The notes beneath the pieces were generated by a model, which worked only from the letters and a program-made list of their open reading frames with translations, ran no database searches and was not told the DNA's origin. Below, piece after piece: positions 23,525-35,570 of a stretch of 64,000 nucleotides of DNA. A program made the translations under genes and the position numbers. Positions within the stretch are counted from its first letter, which is position 1, and each line of letters starts with the position of its first letter. This DNA comes from Mustelus asterias (lineage: Eukaryota): positions 8,308,001 to 8,372,000 of the forward strand of contig NC_135830.1 of assembly GCF_964213995.1 (NCBI RefSeq), written 5' to 3'.

Positions 23525-26500
23525 GCTTTTTCTACCAAATAAACCTGTTGGACTTTAACCTGGTGTTGTAAAACTTCTTACTGTGAACACCACTAGTCAC
23601 AGACCTCCAATCAGAAAAATATCCCTCCACTGCAACCTCTGTCTTCTGTGGCCAAGCCAGTTCTGTACCCATCTAGCAAGTTCACCTTTGATCCCGCGAG
23701 ATTTAACCTTTTGCACCAGCCTGCCACGAGGGACCTTGTCAAATGCTTCACTAAAATCCATGTAGACGACATGCACGGCCCTTCCCTCGTCAATCATTTT
23801 TGTCACCTCCTGAAAAACCTCAAGCAAATTTGTGAGGCATGACCTCCCTCGTACAAAACCATGTTGTCTATCGCTAATGAGACTATTCAGTTCGAAACGC
23901 GTATAGATCCTATCTCTAAAATTTTCTTCAACAATTTCCCTACCACGGACGTCATGCTCACTGGCCTATAATTACCCGGGTTATCCTTGCTACCCTTGTT
24001 AAATAACGGGACCACATTTGCTAACCTCCAATCCTCTGGGGCCTCACTTGTCTCCAATGAAGAAGCAAAGATTTCTCTGAGAGGCCCAGCAATTTCATCT
24101 CTTGTCTCTCTCAGTAATCTAGGACAAATGCCATCTGGCCCTGGGAGTTTGTCTACCTTAATGCTTCCTGAAACACCCAACACTTCCTCCCTTGTAATTG
24201 TAATTTGTTCTAACGGGTCTACACATCCCTCTGAGACACTACCAATCAACGTGTCCCTCTCCTTTGTGAATACTGATGCAAAGTATTCATTTAGGATCTC
24301 ACCTACTTCCTAGGGTTCTAAGCATAATTCCCCCCCCCCTTTGTTCTTGAGAGGTCCCACTCTTTCTCTGACAACCCTCTTGTTCCTAACGTATGTATAA
24401 AATGCCTTGGGATTCTCCTTAATCCTGCCTGCCAAGGACATTTCGTGACCCCATTTTGCCCTTCTAACTCCCTGTTTGAGTTCTTTTCTACTTTCTCTGC
24501 ATTCCTCCAGTGCTTCATCAGTTTTTAGCTGCCTGGACCTTATGTATGCCTCTTTGTTCTTTTTGATTAGACCCACAATTTCTCTGGTTATCCACGGCTC
24601 TCGAATCCTACCTTTCCTGTCCTTCTATTGTACAGGCACATGTCTGTCCTGCACTCCTATCAACTGCTCCTTAAAAGACTCCCACATGCCAGATGTGGAT
24701 TTACCCTCAAACAGCCTCTCCCAATCAACAGCCACCAAATCCTGCCCAATCCGGCTGTAGTTAGCCTTCCCCCAATTCAGCATCTTACCCAAAGGACAAC
24801 ACTCATCCTTTTCCATGACTATCAGAAAGTTTACAGAATTGTGGTCGCTGTTCACCACATGTTCCCCCACTGAAACTTTGATGACCTGACCGGGCTCATT
24901 CCCCAGTATCAGGTCCAGTATAGCCCCCTCTCTAGTTGGACTATCAACATTTTGTTGCAAAGAACCTTCCTGGACACATTTTACAAATTCCTCCCCGTCC
25001 GTCCCCCCAGCCCGAAGGGATTTCCAGTCGATATGGGGGAAATTAAAGTCTCCCACTGCAACAACGCTATTTTTTCTACACCTGTCCAGAATCTCCTTGC
25101 ATATCCGTTCTTCAACTTCCCGTGGGCTGTTGCGAGACCTGTAGTATACCCCTAGTATAGTGACTGCGCCCCTCCTGTTTCTGAGCTCTACCCACAGTGT
25201 CTCGTTACATGATCCTTCCAAATTGCCCACCCTCTGTCCCGCTGTAATATGCTCTGTAACCAGTATTGCTACTCCCCCACCAATTCTAGCCCCTCCTCTG
25301 TCTCGCCTAAAACGCTTATACCCCGGAATATTCAGCTGCCAGTCCTGTCCTTCTATTAACCAAGTCTCTGTCACTGCAACCATATTCAAGTTCCGCGCAT
25401 GCATTACGGCACTAAGTTCATCTGTCTTGCCTGTTATGCTCTTTGCATTGAAGCAGATGCACTCCAGACCTCCAGGCCCACTGAGTTCATCCTCCCCCAG
25501 ATTGCTCTTCCTCTCAGGTAGCCTTGTCTTGGCCCCATGTTCGTCCCGAGTCTCTATGCTTGCTGACCTATTGTTCTGATTCCCACCCCCCTGCCACATT
25601 AGTTTAAACCCACCCGAACCACACTAGCAAACCTCCCAGCCAGGATATTGGTGCCCCTCCAGTTCAGGTGTAACCCGTCCTTCTTGTACAGGTCCCATCC
25701 TCCCTGGAAGACTTCCCAGTGATCCATGAATCTGAAACCCTCCCTCCTGCACCAATTCTTTAGCCACGTGTTCAGCTGCACAGTCTCCTTTTTCCTTGCC
25801 TCACTAGCACGTGGTACGGGGAGTAATCCAGAGATTGCTACCCTCGAGGTCCTGTGTTTTAGCCTTCTCCCTAACTCCCTAAATTGCTCTTGCAGGACCT
25901 CCTTGCCCTTTCTGCCTGCGTCATTTCTACTAATGTGGACAATGACGTCTGTCTGATTTACCCTCCCCTTTTAGGATGCTTTCTACCCGCTCAGAGACAT
26001 CCAGGACCCTAGCACCAGGGAGGCAGTCTACCGTCCTGGAGTCTCGTTTGCGCCCACAGAACCGCCTGTCTGTGCCTCTAACTATTGAGTCCCCCCGACT
26101 ATTGATCTCCTATTCTCCCTCTTTTCCTTCTGAGCCACAGAGCCCGAACTCCATGCCTGAGACCTGGTCACCATGGCTTACCCCTGGAAGGTCATCCCCA
26201 CCCCGCACCCGCCACCCGCCACCCCCCCACCCCCACAGTATCCAAAACGGTATACTTATTTTGGAGGGGAACAACCACAGGGGATCCCTGCATTGACTGC
26301 TTCCTCCCCTCCCCTCTCCTGACTGTCACCCAGCTCGCTTCATTTTTAGATGTTACCACTTCCCGAGAACTACTATCTATCACCCCCTCTGCCTCCCAAA
26401 TGATCCGAAATTCATCCAGTTCAAGCTCCAATTACCGAAGGTGGTCTGTGAGGAGCTGGGTGCACCTCCCACAGGTGAAGTCAGCAGGGTCACGAATGGT

Positions 26501-27509
26501 GTCCGTTACCTTCCATTTCCTGCAAGAGGAGCAATGAACTGCCCTAACTGCCATCCCCTCCACCCAAACTCCCAACAAGATAAGAAGAGTTAGAAAAAAA
26601 GAAAAGATTACCTGTTCTCACACCGAGTCTTTCTTTTAGGTTAGAAGAGGAGGGAGGGTGGGAGGCATTGGACGTGAAATGTGTCGGGTTTCCTCACCGT
26701 TCAAACTTATTGGGTAAAACAAAATTACCCAGGTCTCCCCACGGTCGACTTCCGGTTTTCTGCTGCTCTGAAAACAAAAGCTCCGAAAAAGCAAGTTAAA
26801 ATCAAAAACTCAGCTTACCTTCCAGCTCTCCTCTCCAAAATCGCTCCCCTCTCTGCCTGCACCGCTGGAAGATCAAAATGGTTGGTTCCTGGGACTGGAG
26901 TCTCCTCAAATCTTCTGCTTCATACGCGATATAAATAACAACAGATCCTAGCCTGGCAAGTGGTGTGTGTAGATTATTGTGTCTCCAGTTAATTCTGAGT
27001 TATTTACACCGTTTTGACAATTAATATATAGTGTATATTTACACATGCCAGATTGATGCAACGGTTAATCGAGGTGATCAGCCTAATAGCTGAGAGATAG
27101 AGAGGAAGCAGCCTCTCGATGCCTCAGTCACTTTCCATCAGGGTTACCCAAGTAGATTCTGGGATTGTTTTTCCTGAAAGAAGCCGTGTGTCTTGTAGGG
27201 AGGAAAGAATCTCGGAATAGACTGAAGACTGAATTTTGGATATCCCGGGAGTCAGTGACTGTTCATCAATTCAATCATTAATTTACATTTGTTCAATCGA
27301 TTCAAGTAATTCTGTAATTGAAATGAAAAGTGTTGATAAAGAACAAGTATTTCCTCTTGATTTGCTGCTGTTTGGATGAAAAACATCCCCACTTGCATGA
27401 CGAGGGTCAAGAGTGGAGGGACAAGATTAGACTTCCAACTCAGCTTTCACCCTTCCACCGTAACATGTTCAATTTTATCTGGAAAATTGGTAGTTGGCAC
27501 AAATTGGAA

Positions 27510-27976
27510 GTAGGTCTTATGAGGTCTTATGAGGAAAGTAGGTCTTATGAGGTCTTATGAGGAAAGGTTGAGGGAGCTAGGGCTTTCCGCTTTAGAGCGG
27601 AGGAGGATGAGAGGCGACTTAATAGAGGTTTATAAGATGATCAAGGGGATAGATAGAGTGGACGTTTAGAGACTATTTCCTCGCGTGGATGTAGCTGTTA
27701 CTAGGGGGCGTAACTATAAGGTTCATGGTGAGAGATATAGGAGGGATGTCCAAGGTAGGTTCTTTATTCAGAGAGTGGTTGGGGTGTGGAATGGACTGTC
27801 TGCTGTGATAGTTGAGTCGGACACTTTAGGAACTTTCAAGCGGTTATTGGATAGGCACATGGAGCACACCACAATGATAGGGAGTGGGACAGCTTGATCT
27901 TGGTTTCGGACAAACCTCGGCACAACATCGATGGCCGAAGGGCCTGTACTGTGCAGTACTGTTCTATGTTCTATGT
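27510..27976 (+). mobile_element. CR1 LINE 3' fragment
   Basis: [13 protein letters not shown]; same family as 28975-30594 and 32772-33711. Confidence 0.85.
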
Positions 27977-28099
27977 AACACTGATTTTCTATTCGAGCAC
28001 AGGCACAATATTACTAAAGGCTGTGAAGATGCAAAGAAATGAAATCTTTCGCACATAATGTTTGTGTTTTCAAATCTCAAATAACCAGGACGTATACTT

Positions 28100-28445
28100 T
28101 CAATTCATTCGTGGGACATGGGCGTCGCTGGCTGGCCAGCATTTATTGCCCACGCCTCGACGCCTGAGCGCAGTTGAGTGTCAAGGGCATTGCTTTGGCT
28201 CTGGAGTCACATGTAGTCTGGACCAGGTCAGGACGGCAGATTTGCTTCCCTGAATGACATGAAAGAACCAGATAGTCTTTGTTTCGACAATCGACTGTGG
28301 CTTCATGGTCATCAGATTCTTAATTCCAGATATATTTTTTCTTGAATTTAAATTCCTCCATCTGCCGTGGCAGGGTTCGAAACCGGGTCCGCAGAATATT
28401 CGCTGAGTTTCTGGATTAACAGTTCAGCAACTCGGTCATCACGTC
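28100..28445 (-). mobile_element. SINE (SacSINE1-like)
   Basis: Similar to 17335-17682. Confidence 0.65.
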
Positions 28446-28974
28446 CCTTGAAGGAATTCTCTGGGAAACATACAAAGACTTTGGAAACACACATTGTGTA
28501 GGATTAAAAATCAGCAAATGTCAGCCACTCCCATTCAGAATTGGATTTGTGTCTGATAACTGCACCAAATGCATAATTTTCAGTTTGAAATAATTCTGTC
28601 CACAATCTGCCCATCCCACCCGCCACTGGAATTTTATCGTGCAGGTTGCGGACAATGTGAAACCCCCATTGACGGCAAAGCGGGAATTTCCGGCTTTCAG
28701 CTTGTGTGACCGAACAATTCTGCCCAATATCTCCATGGGAAACAGAAACAGAGTTCCTGCACTGTCTCCGCTGATTAAAGGGCAAACACACCAACTGAAC
28801 TCCTGCTCTAAACTTCAAAGTCTGACAAATGTTTCCAATAATCGTACGTCACCAACAGATTTTCAGATGGATTCCGAGATGCGCACAGGCCGTCGCGCCC
28901 AGCGGGAAACTCAGTAAACGGCCTCCACTGATGTCTCCTCGCCCGGTGTGCAGCTAGAGCAGCGCAGCGGGCTG

Positions 28975-30594
28975 GGAGAACAGGCTAATAGGCTGGAGGA
29001 AGTAGATGTTCGGAGGGAGGATGTACTAGCAGTTTTGAATAAACTGAAGGTCGACAAGTCCCCTGGGCCAGATGAAATATATCCTAAGATTCCTTGGGAG
29101 GCAAGGGTTGAGATTGCAGAGCCTTTGGCTTTGATTTTTGGGTCCTCGCTGTCCACGGGGATAGTGCCAGAGGACTGGAGAATGGCGAATGTTGTTCCTC
29201 TGTTTAAGAAAGGGAATAGAAAGGTAATTATAGACCGGTTAGTCTTACTTCGGTTGTTGGTAAATTGATGGAAAAGGTCCTTCGGGATGGGATTTACGAC
29301 CATTTAGAAAGATGCGGATTAATCCGGGATAGTCAGCATGGATTCGTGAAGGGCAAGTCGCGCCTCACAAATTTGATAGAATTTTTTGAGGAGGTAACTA
29401 AGTGTGTTGATGAAGGTAGGGCAGTTGATGTCATATACATGGATTTTAGTAAGGCGTTTGATAAGGTCCCCCATGGTCGGCTTATGATGAAAGTGGGGAG
29501 TTGTGGGATAGAGGGAAAGTTGGCCGATTGGATAGGTAACTGGCTGTCTGATCGAAGACAGAGGGTGGTGGTGGATGGAAAATTTTCGGATTGGAGGCAG
29601 GTTGCTAGCGGAGTGCCACAGGGATCAGTGCTTGGTCCTCTGCTCTTTGTGATTTTTATTAATGACTTAGAGGAGGGGGCTGAAGGGTGGATCAGTAAAT
29701 TTGCTGATGACACCAAGATTGGTGAAGTAGTGGATGAGGTGGAGGGCTGTTGTAGGCTGCAAAGAGACATAGATAGGATGCAAAGCTGTGCCGAAAAATG
29801 GCAAATGGAGTTTAACCCTGATAAATGTGAGGTGATTCATTTTGGTAGGTCTAATTTAAATGTGGATTACAGGGTCAAAGGTAGGGTTCTGAAAACTGTG
29901 GAGGAACAGAGAGATCTTGGGGTCCATATCCAAAGGTCTCTAAAGGTTGCCAATCAAGTGGATAGAGCTGGGGAGAAGGCCTATAGTGTGTTAGCTTTTA
30001 TTAACAGGGGGTTGGAGTTTGAGAGCCGTGGGGTTATGCTGCAACTGTACAGGACCTTGGTGAGACCACATTTGGAATATTGTGTGCAGTTCTGGTCACC
30101 TCACTATAAGAAGGATGTGGAAGCGCTGGAAAGAGTGCAGAGGCGATTTATCAGGATGCTGCCTGGTTTGGAGGGTAGGTCTTATGAGGAAAGGTTGAGG
30201 GAGCTAGGGCTGTTCTCTCTGGAGCAGAGGAGGCTGAGGGGAGACTTAATAGAGGTTTATAAAATGATGAAGGGGATAGATAGAGTGAACGTTCAAAGAC
30301 TATTTCCTCGGGTGGATAAGGGGGCATAATTATAGGGTACGTGGTGGGAGATATAGGAAGGATATCAGAGGTAGGTTCTTTACGCAGAGAGTGGTTGGGG
30401 TGTGGAATGGACTGCCTGCAGTGATAGTGGAGTCAGACACTTTAGGAACATTTAAGCGGTTATTGGAGAGGCACATGGAGCACAACAGGATGATAGGGAG
30501 TGGGATAGCTTGACCTTGGTTTCAGATAAAGCTCGGCACAACATCGTGGGCCGAAGGGCCTGTTCTGTGCTGTACTGTTCTATCTTCTATGTTC
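28975..30594 (+). mobile_element. Young 5'-truncated CR1 LINE with long open RT
   Basis: 354-aa ORF 29265-30329 with [19 protein letters not shown] and FADD. Confidence 0.93.
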
Positions 30595-32771
30595 TAGATA
30601 GTCAATATCTTTTCCCAAAGGTAGGGGAGTCTAAAACTAGAGGCCATAGGTTTACGTTGAGAGGGGAGAGATACAAAACTGTCCAGAGGGGCATTTGTTT
30701 CACACAGGGGGTGGTTAGTGTCTTGAACAAGCTGCCAGAGGTAGCAATCGAGATTGGTACAATTTTATTATTTAAAAAGCGTTTAGATAGTTACATGGGT
30801 ACGATGGGTACAGAGGGATATGGGCCAAATGTAGGTAATTGGGATTAGATCAGGGATTTTAAAAAAAAGGCGCCATGGACAAGATGGGCCGAAGGGCCTG
30901 TTTCCATGCTGTAAACTCTATGACAAGGCTTTGGATCGAGTGCTGGAAGATGGGATTCGACTTGATAGGTGTTTGATGACCAGTTCAGACATAATGCGCC
31001 GAAGTACCTCATTTTGTGCGGTTAAAACTCGATGGCTGTTCGACCACCCTCAGCAGTGGCCCTATCGCTTGCAGCTCTCACAGGGCTGGCTGGGATATCG
31101 ACCACGGACCAAACCTATGTGGTTGCAAATGTGCAATTGCAGCCAGCAGTGAGCTGCCTGGTCTGAGAGACATTTGTCAACTCTCTGCTGCTGCAGCTCA
31201 CTTGAGCACAGCAGCTGCCCCCAGATAGTCCGGGGGCCCCCAACCTTTTGTAAGCACCCTCCGACCAGATATGGACCCATCCCCCTCCCCACCACCTGGA
31301 CCAATCACCCTCCCTTCCCCCACACCAATTGCATGCAGAATGTCAGCTGGGCAGAGAGGCAGCGAGTCACCCCTCCCTACCTCACTGTGCATGCAGAGAG
31401 GCAGCGAGACCCCCTCCCTACCCCACTGTGCATGCAGAGAGGCAGCGAAACGCCCCTCCTTAACAACACCAATCACGTGCAGAGTGGCAGCGGGGACCAC
31501 CCCACAGACAGCGTGCAGATTGGTAACAGGACCCTCTCCCACCCAGCAACTACGTTCAGAGTAGGCCCCGCTACCTTCAGTGTCCGCTCCTGTAGACGCC
31601 GCCAGCTCATGCCCCACTCCCTGGTACTGCCCGGTGAGCATTGCCCAAGGGGCACCTAACTTTGCCCTCGACCTTGCCCAGTGCCCTCAATGGCCTTCAG
31701 TTCTCCCGGCGAGGCCATCACGACTCGTCCTCATACATGTGGCCAGCTGTTTTCCTCACCAGACCCAACCTCTCCCGGTGAGGCTGCAAAGGCAAGTGTG
31801 GCACACAATTCCATCCCAGGCTCGCGAATGTTATTTCAATTTGTTTCAAAATAAATTTAAATAATTTATTCGGCCTCTTTCCAGAAATGGGCAGGAGACT
31901 CTATCCGCCGCATATCCGTTGCCGGTGAAGGTTGCAAGAGGCGAGAAATGGGGCATGGACCTGGGTTCTAGCCTGTCACGCAGTTTTACTTGATCACCCC
32001 GCCATCAATGGGCAGGGAGTAGTTGTTATTCAGCCCCCCTACCGTGTGTGTGTTGCGTGTGTCCATATTGCCTGTATTAGTATGCATGTGTGTGTGTGCG
32101 TGTTTGTGTGTGAGCAAGAGAGCACCTGACGAGTGTTCCTAAGTGTGCGTTATTCTGGAGTGTTCCACCAATTTTGGTTCTTGAATCTGTGTGTGTGTGT
32201 GAGTAAGTGTCTCAATATGATTGCTTCTATCAGTAAATGTGTGTATTAATGTATGTGTGTTTGGGTGTGTCTGTGTGTTTGTGTTCCTGTTGCTCTCGGA
32301 GAGCTTGTGGTGGCACAGGGGATAGCATTGTTGCCTCCCAGCACCAGAGGTCCTGGTTCAATTGCAGGCTTGGCCACTGTCTGTGCAGATTCTGCAAGTT
32401 CCCCCTGTGTCTGCTGGGTTTCCTCCAGGTGCTCCCGTTTCCTCCCACACTCTGAAAGTTGTGCTGGTTTGGTGCACTGGCCCTGCTAAATTCTCCCTCA
32501 GTGTACCTGAACAGGCGCTGGAGTGTGGCGACTCGGGGATTTTTATTGTAACTTCATTGCAATCTTAATGTTCGCATACTTGTGACACTGATGAATAAAT
32601 TTCAAATTTAATGAAATATGTACTCTGTAAGATCCTGCTGTGTACATATGACCAATAAAATTGAATCTGCGGCCTCGTGAATGGGTGGTGAACTGGTGTT
32701 ACGTGTGGAGGATAAAAAGGATTCTGCGTCAATCTTTTATGCACGGTGGAATATCGTTTGAGGTCACATGT

Positions 32772-33711
32772 GATTTGTGATTTTTATTAACGATTTAGAG
32801 GAGGGGGCTGAAGGGTGGATCAGTAAGTTTGCTGATGACACCAAGATTGGTGGAGGGCTGTTGTAGACTGCAAAGAGACATAGACAGGATGCAAAGCTGG
32901 GCTGAAAAATGGCAGACGGAGTTTATCCCTGATAAATGTGAGGTGATTCATTTTGGTGGGACATATTTAAATGTGGATTACAGGGTCAAAGGAAGAGTTC
33001 TGAAGACTGTGGAGGAACAGAGAGATCTTGGGGTCCATATCCACAGATCTCTGAAGGTTACCACTCAAGTGGATAGAGCTGTGAAGAAGGCCGATAGGGT
33101 GTTATCTTTTATTAATAGGGGGTTGGATTTTAAGAGCCGTGGGGTTATGCTGCAACTGTACAGAACCTTGGTGAGACCACATTTGGCATATTGTGTGCAG
33201 TTCTGGTTACCTCACTATAAGAAGGATGTGGAAGCGCTGGAAAGCGTGCAAAGGAGGTTTACCAGTCTGTGGCTGGTTAGGAGGGCAGGTCTTAGGAGGA
33301 AAGGTTGAGGGAGCTAGGGCTGTTCTCTTTGGAGCGGAGGAGGTTGAGGGGAGACTCAAGAGAAGTTTATAAAATGATGAAGGGGATAGATAGAGTGAAC
33401 GTTCAAAGGCTACTTCCTCGGATGGATGGAGCTATTACAAGGGGGATAACTACAGGGTTCATGGTCGGAGATGTAGGAAGGATGTCCGAGGTAGGTTCTT
33501 TACTCAGAGAGTGGTTGGGGTGTGAAATGGACTGCCTGCAGTGATAGTGGAGTCAGACGCTTTAGGAACATTTAAGCGGTTATTGGATAGGCACATGGAG
33601 CACACCAGAATGATAGGGAGTGGGATAGCTTGATCTTGGTTTCAGCTAAAGCTCGGCACAACATCGTGGGCCGAAGGGCCTGTGCCGTGCTGTACTGTTC
33701 TATGTTCTATG
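32772..33711 (+). mobile_element. CR1 LINE 3' fragment specific to duplication copy B
   Basis: Absent at the paralogous site near 63290; flanked by ATGT. Confidence 0.88.
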
Positions 33712-34039
33712 TCGATGGAAAATCACAGCACACAGAAGAAATCTTAGCCCATCGACCCTGAGACAGTTGTCAGTGGCTGAAACAATTAATAACCGGATAC
33801 AGAGATTCAACAGAAACATCAAGAGCAGCAAACCCAGTACAGTCAATGGCAAGGAAATCAATACAGTGAAACAGCCTTTCTAGAATTAGGAACTGGACAC
33901 AGGGGACGGGACTTTACAGCCTCACTCTTCCCCAAGCTGCAACATCCCACCCGTGTCCAACCGACCTTCCCATGCTCCGCCCCTCGCCTGCTCCTATTCC
34001 CGTGGCGGTCGGCCGGTACAATTCCAGCCAGGGACTTAC

Positions 34040-34695
34040 CCGGATCACCAACAATCGCCAGGAGGAGATAGTAAAAGCATTACATCGCCTTCAGTAGATA
34101 TTGAATCCGATCAACTGATGTTATCCAAAGACCATCTGCTGTAAACCGAGAAACCCAATGGAATAAACTCCTGTCCTTGGTTGGAACATTCCCGTTCATT
34201 GTTCCCAGACTCTGGTCCATTGTTGAAACATTCCGATTCATTGTTCCAAGATTCTGATCCATTTTCGGAAGGTTCCAATCCATTGTTCCCTGATTCTGAT
34301 CCATTGTTGGAACATTTCGCTTCATTGTTCTCAGATTCTGGAGGGCATAGGTTTAAGGTGAGACGGGAGCGATACAAAAGTGTCCAGAGGGGCAATTTTT
34401 TCACACAGAGGGTGGTTAGTGTCTGGAACAAGCTGCCAGAGGTAGCAGTAGAGGCGGGTCCAATTTTGTCTTTTAAAAAGCATTTAGATAGTTACATGGA
34501 TATAGAAGGATATGGCCCAAATGCGGGCAATTGGGGTTAGTTTACGAGTTTTAAAAGAAGGATGGCATGGGCAAATTGGGCCGAATGACCTGTTTCCATG
34601 CTGTTAACCTCTCTGACTCTGTTCTGATCCAATGTTGGAAGATTCCAATCCATTGTTCCCAGATTCTGATCCATTGTTGGAAGATTCCAATCCAT
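34040..34695 (-). pseudogene. GPR139/GPR142-like GPCR exon 1 pseudogene with N-terminal repeat expansion
   Basis: Paralog of 63621-63780 (..KDRSLFHW..YYLLLAIVGDP G|GTAAGT); TAA at 34080-34082; CR1 insertion; no exon 2 found downstream in window. Confidence 0.88.
34341..34621 (+). mobile_element. CR1 3' fragment inserted in GPCR exon 1
   Basis: GHRFKVR..WNKLPEV; TTCTG duplicated at 34336-34340 and 34622-34626. Confidence 0.85.
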
Positions 34696-35059
34696 TGCTC
34701 CCAGATTCTGATCTCTTCTCTCCCTCCCTCTCTCTCCACATACGCTGATCTCTGTTAGTGTTGGAGTTGTCGCTCCCGCTGACTCAATGGGACAACACAT
34801 TGAACGGAATCCCTTTCCCTTATTAATAGAAGAGGGAAATCCCTCCAGACACACTGATCGGATCACATCAACAACAGTCACAAAACAAACAGCTTCATTA
34901 ACGCCCTTCAATCCAACACCTTTTACACCCAAAGTAGAAAATTTCCAGCCGAGATGGGGTGTTGAGGGTCATGGAGGTCTGGAAAGTTGGAAATAATGTA
35001 GGGTCAATATTAATTCGATATAGCAGAGATCACTCTGCTGGTGTTAATTTCGAGATGAT

Positions 35060-35420
35060 GAGAATACAAAAGAAGGGGTGTAATGCTGAGGGTTTATAAG
35101 ACACTGGTCTGACCGCATTCAGAATATTGTCAGCAATTTTGGTCCCCGTATCTGAGGAAGGATGTGTTGGCCTTGGAGAGGGTCCAGAGCAGGGTCACAA
35201 GAATGATCCGAGGAATGAAAGACTTGACGCATGAGGAGCGCCTGAGGACTGGGGGTCCATACTCGATGCAGTTTGGAAGTATGAGGAAGGAGATAACATT
35301 GAAACTTACTGAATAATGAAAGGCCTGGATAGAGTGCACTTGGGGAAGATGTTTCCATTAGTTGGGGAGACTTGGACCCGAGGGCACAGACTCAGAGGAA
35401 AGGGACGGCCCTTAAGAAAT
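35060..35420 (+). mobile_element. CR1 fragment (resumes at about 40439)
   Basis: ORF2 C-terminal similarity; continuation gagacgaggaggaatttcttc after nested insertions. Confidence 0.7.
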
Positions 35421-35421
35421 G

Positions 35422-35570
35422 TGATGTGGAGATGTCGGCGTTGGACTGGGATGTACGCAGTAGGAAGTCTCACAACACCAGTTGCCCAGTCACCCGATGA
35501 AGGCGCAGCGTTCCGAAAGCTCGTGATTCGAAATAAACCTGTGGGTCTTTAAACTGCTGTTGTGAGACTT
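35422..35570 (+). mobile_element. Short Penelope-derived terminal-repeat element with degenerate hammerhead
   Basis: Matches both ends of 22834-23584; core reads CCGATGA..GAAA at 35491-35525. Confidence 0.7.

Larger units (their letters stand above)
22834..23584 (+). mobile_element. Penelope-like element (GIY-YIG endonuclease fragment) with internal inversion and inverted terminal repeats
   Basis: GYLIRC..WYIGET on - strand and MNEHRS..VGEHF..GLN on + strand; 15-bp TSD GAACACCACTAGTCA at 22819-22833 and 23585-23599. Confidence 0.88.
21840..26880 (-). mobile_element. Full-length decayed CR1 LINE interrupted by a Penelope-like element
   Basis: ORF1 (26431-25599 pieces), endonuclease ORF 24625-25599 (VTETW, GDFN, SDHN) and RT pieces down to 21918. 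Confidence 0.9.
30595..34910. repeat. Segmental duplication copy B (paralogous to about 57885-64000)
   Basis: Colinear similarity across a CR1 tail, unique sequence, minisatellite, SINE, GPCR exon 1 and promoter. Confidence 0.9.
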
